The notes under the pieces are model-generated. The model saw only the letters and a program-made list of their open reading frames with translations. It searched no databases and was not told the DNA's origin. Shown here piece by piece: positions 1 to 13,665 of a DNA stretch of 64,000 bases. How positions within the stretch are numbered: position 1 is the stretch's first letter; each line of letters opens with the position of its first letter. Made by a program: the position numbers and the translations under genes. This DNA comes from Eledone cirrhosa (Eukaryota): positions 169,880,001 through 169,944,000 of the forward strand of contig OZ024743.1 in NCBI GenBank assembly GCA_964016885.1, in the 5' to 3' direction.

Positions 1-480
1 CAAGTATTTGCAGCAGATCTCTGAGACTCTGAAAAAAAAGGCCATGGACTTTTCTCTTCAATTCCTGACTAAAGGAGTAAAATAAAAACATTCTTACACA
101 CCACTAACTTCTTGTTGGTAAGATAATGATAAACATCAGTTTAAGATGTAGTAATGAGTAACTACACCTACTTGAAGATAAATCGATACCATCATATTAT
201 GAGATGATGAGGAAGCCTCTGCATACTTTCCTGACATTGAAATAGCAGCAAATTTCCCTCAAAACCCACCCTTGTGTTTTAGGAAAAGACACATTGGTTA
301 CTGTGGTCCTAGGTTCCTTGCACATACTAGGACAAAATAGTCACAGCTAGAATGCCTTTGATCACAAGTCTCCTCAACCTGATATGACCTAGGGTTAAAC
401 AACCACAACAACAACAACAACACATATAAGCCAAAACAAAAAATAACACAAGGGATAATATAACCCTAGATACACATACT

Positions 481-625
481 TTACTTTTATTCTTTTACTA
501 GTTTCATTGATTAAACTGAGCATGTTAGGGTATGCCTTGAGATGTTTTAGTTAAAGTACAAGCTTTTAAGTCTGTTACTTGTTCTATTGATCTCTTTTTG
601 TTGAACCATTAACTTATGGGACATA
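481..625 (-). mobile_element. Decayed SINE 3' portion (tail ...TGAAACTAGTAAAAGAATAAAAG)
   Basis: Reverse complement ends in a GAAAC-x-GTAAAAGA tail similar to the short pieces at 25681-25702 and 46508-46542; resembles a cephalopod SINE tail from memory only. Confidence 0.45.
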
Positions 626-660
626 TATACAGACATGGTAATTCAAATGCGAACACACAT

Positions 661-1110
661 CATCATCATTGTTTAACGTCCATTTTCCATGCTAGCATGG
701 GTTAGATAAGTTGTCTTGTTTGAGGCAAGTTGAATCAGGTGACCATGTCTTGCTCATACAGAACTGTTTCTGGCTTAGTTTCTATGGCTAGATGCCTTTC
801 CTAACACCAACCACATTTACAGTGTGTGCTGGGAGCTTTTTGTTGTGACACCTATATGACCACTTTACAGTCTGAACTGGGAGCTTTTTGTCGTGACACC
901 TATATGACCACTTTACAGTCTGAACTGGGAGCTGTTTGTCGTGACACCTATATGACCACTTTACAGTCTGAACTGGGAGCTTTTTGTCGTGACACCTATA
1001 TGACCACTTTACAGTCTGAACTGGGAGCTTTTTGTCATGACACCTACACAACCATTTTACAGTGTGGACTGGGTGCTTTTTGTCATGACACCTACACAAC
1101 CACTTTATAT
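661..1110 (-). mobile_element. RTE-LINE 3'-end-related repeat with (GAT)n tail, containing a 48-bp minisatellite
   Basis: CATCATCAT-GTTTAACGTCCATTTTCCATGCTAGCATGGGTT...TTTCTATGGC(T)GGATGCC motif recurs at 2513, 7860-7975 (opposite strand), 15868, 18048, 35460 and 37400-37523; at 2513-2767 and 35460-35763 it is contiguous with RT ORF C-termini. Confidence 0.7.
815..1107. repeat. 48-bp minisatellite, ~6 copies
   Basis: GGGAGC at 831, 879, 927...; yields the 16-aa repeats in ORFs 788..1120 and 826..1149. Confidence 0.9.
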
Positions 1111-1849
1111 ATACACACAATGGGCTTTCTTACAGTTTCTGTCAACTGAATTTCACTAACAAGGCGATAGTGGAATACAGTTGTTGAAGGTTTCACAAAG
1201 TGGGATTTGAATTTGAAACTATGTGGCTGCAAAGATAAATTCTAAACCACACAGCCATACCTGCACTGATGTCTAAAAGACATCCATGGAAGGAATAGTT
1301 TTGATCATAGATTTGTTGTTTCAGGGCTGAACAATAACAACAACAACATGCCATTCCAGTTTTGATCATAAACAACAGCAGCAACTATACACACCGCTTT
1401 AGCTAACAACAATCATTTTATGATATTGCATCTAATGTAGTTAACGTTAACAAGAGACACACCCCTCGTTATTGGAACCTGAGACATTGACAAATGGAGA
1501 ATGAAGGGGACAGAAGTGATGGATGTGTTTCAGTTATTTGGTACTGAGATCCAACACCAAGCTAGATTATTATTTTTATTGAACATTAACACAGACAACT
1601 TTTATTACATGTTTTCCACTCATGCAAGTGGGTGTCAACAGGACATCAAAGCTATCCCCACTAGCTATGAAGACAAAACTTTCCACAATATCCTAGCTGT
1701 GCCTAGCAAAGCTGTTTTCTTTTTTTAATGACTTCCACCTGCATTTTCACTCCCATTCGACAGTCTACCCAACCATCTGAAACAACACTCAGGCACACAA
1801 GAATTAGTACAACAGTGTGGTATTTGTCATCCATTATTCCCTCTACATT

Positions 1850-2005
1850 CTTCAATTCAAATTCCACCAATGTTAGCTTTGCCTTTCATCCTTACAGGAT
1901 CAATAAAATAAAGCACCAGTAATGCACTGGGGTCAATGAAATCAACTTTTTCCTCCCTACAAATTGTTGGCTTGTGCCTAAATCAGAAACCATTATTATT
2001 ATTAA
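1850..2005 (+). mobile_element. Decayed tRNA-derived SINE fragment (family of 7355-7547)
   Basis: TTCAAATTCC...TTTGCCTTTCATCC...ATAAAATAAAGCACCAGTAATGCACTGGG...TTGTGCCTAAATCAGAAACCATTATT matches 7430-7547. Confidence 0.65.
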
Positions 2006-2069
2006 GGTGTTGGATTGGTAGAATCATTAAAGTATGCCATGTTGTATTTAGTTACAGTCCTATATGTTT

Positions 2070-2170
2070 CAAGGACTGTGACAAGTGGAGAGATGCTGTG
2101 CTGAATAAGACCCGTTCAACCCTTGCAAGCAGGGAAAAACGGACGTAAAATTATGATGATGATGATGACT
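2070..2170 (+). mobile_element. Short LINE 3' end (DRDKWRDAVL-like) with (GAT)n tail
   Basis: Near-identical to the reverse complement of 18470-18575; encodes an RTE ORF C-terminus followed by the tail. Confidence 0.65.
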
Positions 2171-2512
2171 AAAATATGTATGAATGTAGGGTGAGGTGTG
2201 TGGCAGATTTGATAAAGTAACAGTCAAAATGCTTTCCATTGCTTAGTTATGTTCCTTTTTATTCTAATCCTGCTGAGGTAAACTTTATCTTTTATGTCTC
2301 TTGTTAAGAAAACATGTACAAAGTTTGATTTAACTGACAATATCACTTCCTTCTAAACTTGTGCTCTTGTGTCTATGTTAGATCTCCATTTTTTTCTTAT
2401 TTTTGTAGTTTCAGTTTTGTTGTGTGTATTTCCTGCTCAACTGAGCACTGCTCTGTAAACATTGAGTGTGTGTAGTGATTTCTTTTGGCTTTGTATTTTC
2501 TTTTGTATTGAC

Positions 2513-3810
2513 ATCATCATCATAATCATCATCGATTAACATCCATTTTCCACGCTAGCATGAGTTAGACGGTTCCCATTTAGAGGCAAGTTGTGTCGGG
2601 TGACCGTGTCTCGCTCATATAGGGGTGTTTCTGGCTGGTTTTCTATGGCTGCATGTCCTTCCTAATGCCAACCACATTGACAGTGTGGGCTGGGTGCTTT
2701 TTGCCATGTCTATTACACATCCACTTTACAGTGTGGGCTGGAGGGGAGGCATACTGTACATATGCTTCAGCTTGTGCTCGTGGGAAGTTGAATCTTCTGT
2801 ATTACTGCATATCGCCAGAGATCCTGGTCATGTGGCATCTCCCCTGAGAGGTGCAATTGGGCAAGGTCGGCTTTTATCATCTCATCCCAGGTCTTCCTGG
2901 GTCTCCCCACTCCAAGGCTTCCAACAACTTTGAGCGCTCTGCACTTTTTTATGCAGCTGTCATCCTTCATATGCAACACATGTCCATGCAATCTCCTTTC
3001 CTGCACACAGCATTTGATTCCTCTTATGCCTAGTTTCTCACTCAGTTCATTTATGCTTCGCCGTTCGCGTATATTACTATTACACATCCATCGGAGCATG
3101 CAGGCTCCATTTCTTTCCAATCTACGCACGTCTTCTGCACACAGTGCCCAAGTCTCACTACCATGTAACATAGCTGTATGTACGCAAGCATTATACAGTC
3201 TGCCTTTCATTCTGAGGGAGAAGCCTCCATCCTGTTCTTACTCTGGCTACTTTACTTTCAGAACACCCACCACTGCTGCTAATTTGGTCACCTAAGTAGC
3301 AGAAGCTATCTACTGTTTCTACAGTGCCCTCTGAGAATTTGGTAGTGTTTGTTTCCTGCGGGTGTTTGCTGCTTACTGTACCAGTGCAACTGCCACATGT
3401 AAAGCTAAACTTCCTGAGATCCCACTATTTTGCATATGGGGCAGAGGATGGAATTTCTACCAACCCCTTTCCTACATACTGGATAAGGCTATTTCCCTGG
3501 GGGAATCTGGGTTCTGTTTTCTCTTCTACTTACTAGGATCTTATTCTTTGTCAGGTTGACTTTAAGAGTCCTTCTTTCTAGGCCCTGCTTCCATGTTTGG
3601 AATTTCTTCTCTAGTTCCACCATGGATACCCTGTCCCTAATCAACTGTGCTATGACTCTTTCTGTTACTTTCATTACCTGGTCCATCAGTTTTATACCTG
3701 TATAGTTATTTCTATCTAGCACATCCCCTTTATCCTTATAGCAATTGACAATGATGCTGCTGCACCACTCATATGGTATGATGCCATCCAGTATTACTTG
3801 GTTTACAATA
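2513..3810 (-). mobile_element. 5'-truncated, decayed RTE-type LINE (RT C-terminal half + 3' UTR)
   Basis: ORFs 2767..3210 (KGRLYNACVHTAMLHGSETW...GRPRKTW...DLWR) and 3489..4085 (WCSSIIVNCYKDKGDVLDRNNYTGIKL); internal deletion and frameshifts. Confidence 0.85.
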
Positions 3811-4554
3811 CACATGGTTATAGTGTGTCCTACTGACCCACTAATAGTGCCTAATAATACTGTTTCCTGTATGTTGTGTATACATGTATATAACCAACTA
3901 TATAGCATTGATGTGTTGCAAAACATTTTATCACTCTGATAAGAACATATTTTGTGAACAATCACAAATTTCCCCAGCTGTTTAACAAGAACAATATAAA
4001 GTTTAATTACAGTTGTATACAGAACATTCAATGTACCATAAGGCAAATACATTGCAGATAAACCAAGATTGAAAGGAGCTGACATGCAATTGTTTAAATG
4101 TTCAGCTAGTAAAAAAAGAAAGCATTGTACATCTTGCTGATGTTGCCACTAATAACATATCAACAAGATATATAGTACTCACAAGGATTTTCTTCAAAAG
4201 ATGTCTGCACGATCGCAGCAATTTCTTTTGTCATTGAAATCTGGGGAACAAAACACAAATTTTGAAATATATTCAGAGATTTCAGAGAAACTTCACATTA
4301 GTTGCCACCTTATGTCAATCATAAATACAAAAAAAATTAACTCACTTCAACCTACGTACACAGGCTCAAATTAACTTCAAAATAAACCTCCTGATGAATA
4401 TGTAGTAATTGACATCAAATACCATGTGCTTAACTGAAAGCATAAAAAATGCAATTTAAACCATTATCAGTCATTTCTATTTAAGCTGCTCATCTGCACT
4501 GTCAACCAACCGTACACACACACACACACACATATAAATATATAGGAACGTGAT

Positions 4555-5880
4555 CTCCGGCGCTATGCAGTAATACATCTAGTATGCACCACCTTCCCTC
4601 CCATACACCTCCCTGTAATTATCCCACCCCTGCATCACATGTCCACACCAATGCAATTATCTCTCCTCCACGCTGCATCTGATCCCTCTTATGCCTAGTT
4701 TCTCTCTCAGTTCATTTATGCTTTGCTGTTCATCTATATACATCCATCAAAGCATGCAAGCTTCACTTCTTTCCAATATTCGCAAGTCCTCTCTTCATAG
4801 CACCCAGGCCTCACTACCATGTAACATTGCCATTAATATACATGCATCATACAATCATCTCTTCATTTTGAGAGAAAAACCTTTTGTAGCTAACAGCAGT
4901 AGTAGCTCCCTGAACGTTTTCCATCCCTATTCTCACTCTGAGTACTTTACTTTTGGAACACCCATCTCCACTGCTAATTTGGCCACCCAGGTAGCAGAAG
5001 CTGTCCACTGCTTCTACAGAACCCTCCAAGAATTTGATAGTGTTTGTTTCCTGTAAGCTTTTGCTGATTACTGCAACAGCCACATGTAAAACCTACATTC
5101 TTAGCTAACCTACCTGAGATCCCACTACATCTCTTGTGTACCAAAATATTTGCATTTGGGACAGGGGATATAATTTCTACCTACTTCTTTCTTACACACT
5201 GTGCGCAGCCATTTCCCTGGGGTGATCTGGGCCCTGTTTTCCATTCTACTTACCAGAACCTTAGTCTTTGTCAAGTTGACTGTTAAGACCCTTTGATTCT
5301 AGACCATGTTACTACATTTGGAATGTCTTCTCTAATTCTGCCATAGATTCAGCTATGAAGATTAGATCATCTGCATACAGGAGTTCTCTTGGGTAGCCAT
5401 TTTAAACTCTGTTATAGCCTGCAATATGATAATAAACAGGAGAGGGCTCTGAACAGAGCCCTGCACACTAAATTCTTTGCTGACTGCTCCCCTATACATG
5501 TTTTGTACAGCCTTCACAAATCATTCATCTACTCCTAATTTTCATAGAATCCACCAGATTATGACACGGTGGACTCTGTCAAAAGCTTTCTCCAGATCAA
5601 CAAATACCAAGTAGAGGTAGCTGCGTACTTCTCCAGTAGTTGCTTCACAAGGAAGAGGGCATCAGTGGTACTTTTACCTGGCACAAATCCAAACTGTATC
5701 TCAAGAAGGTTAACCCAGTCCCTAATCAGCTGTGCTATAACTCTTTCTGTGATCTTCATGACCTGGACCATCAACTTGATGCCTCTATAGTTTTCTCTAT
5801 CTAGTGCATCTCCTTTGCCCTTATAGCAGTTGACAATGATGCTGCTACACCAGTCATTCGGTATGACACCATATAGTATA
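4555..5880 (-). mobile_element. Second decayed RTE-type LINE fragment
   Basis: ORFs 5559..5885 (NYRGIKL...QFGFVPGKSTTDALF) and 4847..5083 (VDSFCYLG); YADD region near 5365-5380. Confidence 0.85.
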
Positions 5881-7354
5881 TACATTGTTCAAGTTAAAAA
5901 GAAGACATGAAGAACATTGTTAGTGACATGACATAAAACATACCCTTTAACTCTGTACACTATAAAGTGGTTTGGTGATAGGTATGGCATCTAGCTGTAA
6001 ACATCTTGCCAAACAAAGGGTTGAGAGAACTCTTCAGTTGTGTCAAAGACATAACAACTTCACTAGTGCTGGTGCCATGATAAAATGCAGTCAGTGCATT
6101 CTGTTTAGTGTGAGAATGTATGTGAATGGGATATGGTTCCTGGCCTATCTGAGAGGTCAGTAGCTCTGATTAATTACTGACTTTGTCTGTGATGACCTAT
6201 CCAACTCTTGCTAGCTGGGAAAATAGAAGTTAGATAATGATCAAATTATATAGAGAGTTGTGTGTATCTTCTTGTGAAAGGAAACAAAAAGGGTTGGCAT
6301 CAAGATAGGCATCTGGCTGTAAAACACTGTCTCAAAAAAATTACATCCAACCCATGCCAGAGTTGAAAAGCAGATGTAAAAATGATAATGATGATGTCTG
6401 GTGGTGTAGTATAGTATGGTTATGTGGCTAAGAAGTGGAGAATACCTCAACTATATGGTTTCAAGCTCAATCCAACTACAAGGTGTCTTGGGGCAATGTT
6501 TTCTATCATAGTTGCAGGTCAACCAAAAGATTTTGAGCAAAATTTGGTTGACAGAAACTGTGAAAGCAGATATGTGATCATCCTATCATTTTCCAGTATA
6601 TTTTTCTTTTAGATCTGACTGCTATTTCTAGTGGGTTGAACAATCCCTTTAAACACTCCTTCGTTGGCTTATGATAATATGAGATTTAGTGAGGAGGTGT
6701 AGAAGTACACCTATATATGCATAATGTATGAAATAATATGTGAGTAGAAACACACCTGTTTTTGTATACATAATATAGGAAATGGTATTTGTGTGTATGT
6801 AGGTGTTTATATAAATGTAAGGTTGCGTGTATGTATTGTGTATATGTATAGAATCAGCTCTATATATACATAATATATGATAATAAATTAAATATATATG
6901 TATATGTGTCGTTATATACATGTATGTTTGTGTGTGTTTGTATGTGTGTGTGTATAAATGTAAGATTGTATGTATGAATTGTTTGCAATGGAAACTACTT
7001 AACTACTTGACCACATAATCCAACATCTTACCAACTCGTACCTGCTGTTACAGTGGGATGAAACCACGTTGGTTGTAAAGTGAACTTCTTAACAACACAA
7101 TCACCTAATCCAACATCTCATTGGCTCCTGTCTGTTGTCAATTCTATTGTATCTATATGAAACAGTCATTCATTATTTCTATATATCATCTGCCTGTCAC
7201 CCACCTCGTGGATTATATCTCTGCCGACCACTGGCCACTGAGGTATTTTTGCCCATAGCTGTCATTGACAGCATTTAGCTGTTTTAACAGCTGTTCTAGC
7301 GATGAGTTTTCTTATTTTTCTATGAAGTCATTCATTATTTTATACTATATATAA

Positions 7355-7547
7355 GGGCGGGGGATTGGCAGTATCAGTAGAGGGTCGGACGCCATGCTTT
7401 GCAGCACAGTTACGACCCTTTGCGGATTGAGTTCAAATCCCGCCGAGGTTAACTTTGCCTTTCATCTTTACGGGGTCAATAAAATAAAGTACCAGTAATA
7501 CACTGGGATAATTGCTGGCCTTGTGCCAAAAGTAGAAACAATTATTT
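7355..7547 (+). mobile_element. tRNA-derived SINE, near full length
   Basis: A-box-like TGGCAGTATCAG and B-box GAGTTCAAATCC; same family as the three copies at 55084-55458; ATTATT tail. Confidence 0.75.
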
Positions 7548-7569
7548 TATACAATATATATATAATTTT

Positions 7570-7840
7570 GGTGCCACGATAAAAAGCACGCAGCCCACAC
7601 TGTAAAGTGGTCATGTAGGTGTCATGACAAAAAGCACCCGGTCCACTCTAAAGTGCTCATGTAGTTGTCACGACAAAAAGCACTCGGTCCACTCTAAAGT
7701 GGTCATGTAGTTGTCATGACAAAAAGCACCCGGTCCACTCTAAAGTGGTCATGTAGTTGCCATGACAAAAAGCACCTAGTACACACTGTAAAGAGTTCAT
7801 GTAGGTGTCATGATAAAAACCCAGTAAACACAGTAAATGT
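7570..7840. repeat. 46-48-bp minisatellite (~5 copies) within a LINE 3'-end repeat on the + strand (7570-7975)
   Basis: GTCA(T/C)GACAAAAAGCAC at 7621, 7667, 7713; reverse complement of the unit at 815-1107. Confidence 0.85.
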
Positions 7841-8496
7841 GATTGGGATTAGGAAGGGCATCCAGCTGTAGAAACCAAGCTAAAATCAGTTCTGTATGAG
7901 TAAAACACTGTCATCTGATCTGGTTTGTCTCACGACGGAATAATTCATCTAACCCATGGAAAATGGTGATGATATATCATAACAATATTAATAGTTTCAA
8001 ACTACCATTTGCTTTGTTTTTTAACTATTTGTGTCCACATGAAATCACATTAGCAAGACATTTTTGAAAAGTACAGACCAGCACTATGACTGGATTACAT
8101 AAAAATTGTATGTCTTAACTCTAATACTGCAAATTTTCACAATGATTTGTCTACCAGTAATGATACTATAAATATCATATTTGAATTAATAAATCTATTT
8201 TTCAATATTTTCTGCTAAATCATTACAGGATGTTAAAGGTTAGATATCTTAATATCTTTATTTTTTTTTATTTACTAGATTATTTTTGTTGTTTACAGAT
8301 CATCAAATTTCAAGCATTTTTACCAAAATACCTAGCAAAACTATGATTGCTGTAAAGTGGCAGTTTTGTGAAACAATAGGGTGGAATCCACCCCAGTGCT
8401 ATGGCTGATATCAGACTATAATCCCGGATTTATTATTGAAAAGTTTATGACTGCACCTCCTCCTCTCTCTTCTTTGCGTTCATCTTCTTCAGAGAA

Positions 8497-9969
8497 ATGT
8501 CTTCACAGGTTCAGCAACAGCATGTCATGAGTTCAAGTCTGGTTGATTCTCCAACATCAGACCCAAATTTGAACAGATTACAGCAAGATACTCCAAAGAT
8601 CATTAGTCAAATAATCATGGATAAAGCTGCTGATTGTAGTAGAATGAAGAACAACAGCACTGCTGCTAACATTAACAGCAACAGCAGCAGCAGTAATGAC
8701 AGCACCAATAACAACAGCAGCAGCCATCAAGATTTGTGTCAGACAGTGGGAAGTAGTTGTTGGTTAGATAATAACAGCAACAGCACAACTGAGAAGTCCA
8801 CTCAGACTAACAGACTGTCCCTTTTGAGTCTTCCAGCTGATTTGGGGGCAGAATTACAAAGCAACAATAACAACAACTTTTTACCAGCTGATGCAACAAA
8901 CAACTGTTTTATTGAATCAACACAAGACTTTGATTTAAAAGCACCCCTGACTTGTGCGACAGTTACAGATAACAACCACATCAAAGAACCAAATGCTAAC
9001 ATTTGGCAGATCCCCAGCCCTGAGTTACAAGTGATGGTGAACACACACACCAATGCTATGGTGAAACGGAAAAATTCTTTAAAACTTATGAAGAGCGATA
9101 ACAAGGATGAGAATAAAGGGAAACAAAACAAACAGGATTTTCAGAGAAAATTAGTGGCAAGAGCTCTGCAATCATTTGCTATGAGTAATAAAACTAAGAG
9201 CAGCAGCAGTAATAACAACAACAAAAATAGTACCTATGAAAACCAAAATAATTTTGATGATAACTCTTTGATTATCAGTAACAAATCAGCAATAAAAAGC
9301 CAAGGGGATTTACCTATGATAGATTCACTTAAAAAAAGAGAACGTTCCATGACACAACCTACAATAACTCTGTATAAAAAGAATGGTGGAGTTTGTGATA
9401 AACCTAAAGAAGTTTGCAGTGATATTGATGGGAACAAAATTGATCATACAAAGCCCATAACAGATAAAAAATTAGAAATTAGAAATGCTGTTGAGTCGAA
9501 GGAATCTATTTCATTTAAAGATGAGAAACCCCAATGTAAAATTGCAATCATAAATAATTTTGAGGATATCACTTGTTGCATAAAAATAATCCCTCCAAAT
9601 GCTCATTCAAGAAATGTATCTCTCAACTCCCATCTGCCTAGGAATGCTACCTGGAGTGGCACCAAACGTCTTAATATCGAGAAGAGTATTTTGGATTGGA
9701 TGCATAAAAGGTATTGTGCTGAGCAATATCAGAAGAAACGGTCATCATCAGCAGACACAGTGAATTTCATTAACGGCCAACATTTTGTTCAGGTGCTCAA
9801 CAAAACAACTGATGGATCTGGCAATCAAACAGAAACACCATCGTTTTCTGTTTATAAACTACCGAAATCTACTATTCACCTAGGCAACTACCAAACAGCA
9901 CCACCATCATTTCGCAGAGAATTCAAGTATAAACACCAAGGAATTATCACCAATGGAACCCTTGATAAA
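8497..9969 (+). CDS. Probable large coding exon of a host gene; N/S/K-rich, largely low-complexity protein, function unknown
   Basis: 491 open codons that are not repeat-derived; candidate acceptor TTGTTGTTTACAG at 8286-8298; in-frame stop at 8437 upstream of ATG 8497; donor AAA|GTAAGA at 9969/9970 followed by T-rich intron-like sequence. Confidence 0.6.
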
Positions 9970-10405
9970 GTAAGACATTTTCTTTCTCTTTTTCGATTTC
10001 TTAAAATCTATTTTCTTGTTTTGTTTTATTTTCATTTTTTTTTTCATCGTTAATTCTTTTATACCACCTGAGGGAGTCTCTGTTTTTTTTTATTCAACAT
10101 ATCTGTTTCAAAATGTTCATCAGTGTCATCATCGTTTTTATGTTATCTTTCCATGCTAACAGGAGTTAAACAACATTTTTTGAAGCAATATTTTACAAGT
10201 GGATGTTCTTCCTGATGCTAACTCTTTTAGTCACCTCTTATGACATACATAAGACGGGTTTTGAAAGAGCAGCATAGAAAATAAATCTGTCAAAAAATGT
10301 GTGTCAGTAATTAAGAATAACACCACAGAAAAATGTATTACAGCAAATTATGTAATAAAATAAATTGGGGAAATCTAACATACATATTTTTATCAAATAT
10401 ATATA

Positions 10406-13400
10406 TCTTCTTCTTCACCTACTTATTCCTGTGTGGGTTGCAGGAGCAGAGTCCTCAAACACTCCTTCCAGCGGGTCCTGTCAGTAGCAACCATCTCCAA
10501 CTGATTAGGCTGGATCCCCAAGTGAAACCAGCCAAGCTCATGGATGTTATCCAACCATCTTGCGCAAGGTCACCCCCTGGGCCTCCTGTAAGTTGGTTTT
10601 GCCCCAAAATATGTCCAGCGATTCTTTCCTCAGACATTCAAACCACATGCCCATAATACTGGAGCTGTGATCTCTCAATTCAGAGAAGTAGCAGCTCTAC
10701 TTGGAGTGACACTCTGATCTGAGCTACACACTCTATTGAGTAATGTTACTCCAAAGACCCTTCAGAGGAATCCTATTTCAGCCGCTTGTGTTCATGATCA
10801 TATTCTTCCAGTCATTACTCAAGATTCATGACCATAGGTAAGGGTTGGCATGAATACCAAATTGAAGATAGCGAGTTTGGATTTTACACCTACCTCCCTT
10901 CTGATTGCTGAAGCTGGCGCATTACTGCAGTTCTTGCACTTAATTCAACCTCCTGCCTTCCATCACTTGTGAACAACACCCCGAGATACTTGAACATCTC
11001 TACCTGCTTCAGTGGAACTCTATTTATATGTAGAGTGCACTGTGCAGGCTTCCTTGAGAGATGAACATCTCAGTTTTTCCAGCACTGATTTTCATTCCAG
11101 GCATGCAGCACTCAGCATCAAACTTATTGAGTACAAGTCAGAGATCACCTTCTGTTGAGTTACGTAACACCATGTCATCTGCAAATTCCAGTTGATTGAT
11201 TTACACCCGCCAATCATGATCCCACTTCCAACCCCACTGCACATGTCAATCTTGTTCAGGTAAATAACGAACAGGTTGGCAGTGCCCGACTCCCACATCG
11301 TATGGTTTCTATTTAGCACCATTTATCTGAACACAAATACTTGGGCATTTGTATAGAGACATCAAGGCACCAAGAAGCTGACCATCAATCCCATACTCTT
11401 GCAGAACCTTCCACAACAGATCCCAAGGTTGACAAAACATCTTGGCAATACTGTCACGATTTCTCAAAGACTTGCCGCTGTGTGAATATTTGGTTGGCAG
11501 TACTACATCCGGGGTGAAAACCTCACTGTTCATCAGCTAGCTTGGACTCGACAATCTCCTGGCATCTCTTGGCATAGACTTTACTTGGGAGGCTTAACAA
11601 GGAGATCTCTCTGTAATTGGAACAATCTCTCTTGTCTCCCTTTTTGTAAACTGGGATTATCACTCCCAATTGCCATTGCTAAGGTGCCTTTCCAGAGATC
11701 CAGGCCACCCTGCATACATGAGTCAGCCAGAGAACACCTTCTCTATTTAAGGCTTTTAACATATTGGGTTGTATTTCATCTTTCCCAGCGGCCTTGCCAC
11801 ATTTGAGCTCTTTAACTGCTCTTGTGACCTAAGCCTCAAAGAGATTAGTCACCACTCCTAGAGGCACCTTGTGTACATAAAAAGATGCTGTTGTCATCTG
11901 GTTGGGTTTTGATCAGCAAAGTAATTTCTCCACCTTGTGAGGATGCACCTCTCTGAAGAGAGAAGAACCCCTGATGCGATGTTGATAGCAGGTGTGGAAG
12001 AGAGCTTCTTATTACGAAGTTGGCGGATGATCTGCCAGAACACTTTATTTGCTGTTCTGAAGTCGGATTCCAGCTTAAACTCAAAGTCCTCTCATGTCTT
12101 ATTCTGGAAGCCTTTACTGTCTCTGCTGCAATACTTCGTGTCTGCTTGTCCCACAAGTGCAAGGAGGAGGACTTATTTCCAAACCAAGCTTTATAAGCCT
12201 CCTTCTTTGCTTGGATGGCATCTTTGACCTCCTGATTGAACTACGGGGTCCTCCTGCCATCCGGTGCCCCACCAAGCTTTTCGCCCACAGCATTTAACAG
12301 CTGAAGCAGAAACTGCTGTGCTGAACAATCTCCACTCTGTAACAATGACCTCAGTTTGTTCAGGGAGTTCTCTGAATTTGGATGCAATAGTATCTGCATA
12401 CCTGGTCCTGCCTTCTTATCCACCAATGCTTCCCACTTAATCCTGTAGGTCGCCCTCGACTTGCCAGTTTTGTAGGCTTCTTTGGCTTTAGTTAGTCTCA
12501 AGTTGCAGATAGCTAGATCGTGATCGGTTGACAGCTCAGCTCCTCTCTTAACATGAACATCCAGCACAGAATCAAATATACCCTTATACCATATATATTT
12601 ATGGATGACTCTGTGCTGGAAGAAGGAGTTTATAACAGAGAGTCCATTGCTAGAACAAGTCTAGTAAGGCTTTTCCATTTGTATTTAGATTGGAGTTGCC
12701 ATTCCTCCCAATCACTCCTTTCCTCATCAGGTGATCAGTGCCAACATGTACATTGAAGTCTCCTATCAGGATATATGACTCAGTCTTAACTACATCTAGT
12801 GCTGCAGTGACTTCATCAAGGACCTGTATTCGGACTACTTGTTTGGGGCATAAATTTGCACCAACCACAGAGACCTATCTTTCAGCCTAAGCTTCAAGAG
12901 GTAGATCCTCTCTCTTAATGGGATCCAGTCCATAACACATGCCGGCAGCCAGGATCTTGTGAGTATCCCCCTTCCACCTGTGCATTCATTTCTGGTGCTA
13001 CACCTGAATAGTGGAGTTTCCATCCTCCATCCGTATCAGAGCCACGGAATTTTGTTGAGAAAACCCTGACTATATCTTGTCAGTAGCTTCTAGCCTCCTC
13101 CACTAGTTGCTCCTCCTTACCTATAAGGGTTGTGATGTTCCACATTCCAACTGTTACGATTTGCTCCCTTCTGGACCCTCTTTGGGGTCTCGGGATACAC
13201 AAACTTTGTGCATCCATCCCATACCTCCCAGGACAGGTCGCAGGCCTATCGCTAGTTTTTGCAGCATGAGATGGAGACTGCAATATATTTATGAAACAGA
13301 CCCCTCTACCTAAGGCCTGAATGCGTCCCTTGTTATCCCGCATGAAGGACGATGTGGTATGGTTCGTTTTTCCTGATATTGTAGTTTCAGTTTCAGTGGT

Positions 13401-13665
13401 CTTATTTACACCAGTTACCAATCTTGTACTTTGTAAAACTTGCGAAGACTAGGCTTTTTTAGAGGCAGCCTTTACTCACCTCATCGTAGCTACGTTACTG
13501 GGTTCTGAGAGTTTCTTGAGAGTTCATGTGTCATCCATTGCTCCGTCTCCCCTAGTAGTTTACCGCTGTTAGTCTGGGGTTTCTTATTTCTCTGGCAGTT
13601 GCCTGTTTATACCGCAACAAGCCATCATATTTGGTGGCTGTATCGCTATCTGCCACCTGCTGAGA
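10406..13665 (-). mobile_element. Near full-length decayed RTE-type LINE (APE endonuclease + RT) with (GAA)n tail
   Basis: APE motifs VGMWNITTL..KE (13080..13421), LIGDFNVHVG (12650..12868), GAELSTDH (12241..12567); RT pieces 10500-11530; tail TCTTCTTCTTC at ~10406-10416; AATATATATAT flanks on both sides (TSD-like). Confidence 0.85.

Noticed and set aside
788-1149. Repeat-protein ORFs / CRISPR-like periodicity
   Set aside because: 48-bp head-to-tail minisatellite with no unique spacers and no cas genes; eukaryotic context
3780-5885. Two RTE fragments truncated at nearly the same RT position, suggesting a segmental duplication
   Set aside because: Copies are strongly diverged, have different internal deletions and unrelated flanks; cannot be told apart from coincidence
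7355-7445. tRNA gene (also 46766-46840)
   Set aside because: A/B boxes continue into multi-copy SINE bodies; no complete cloverleaf
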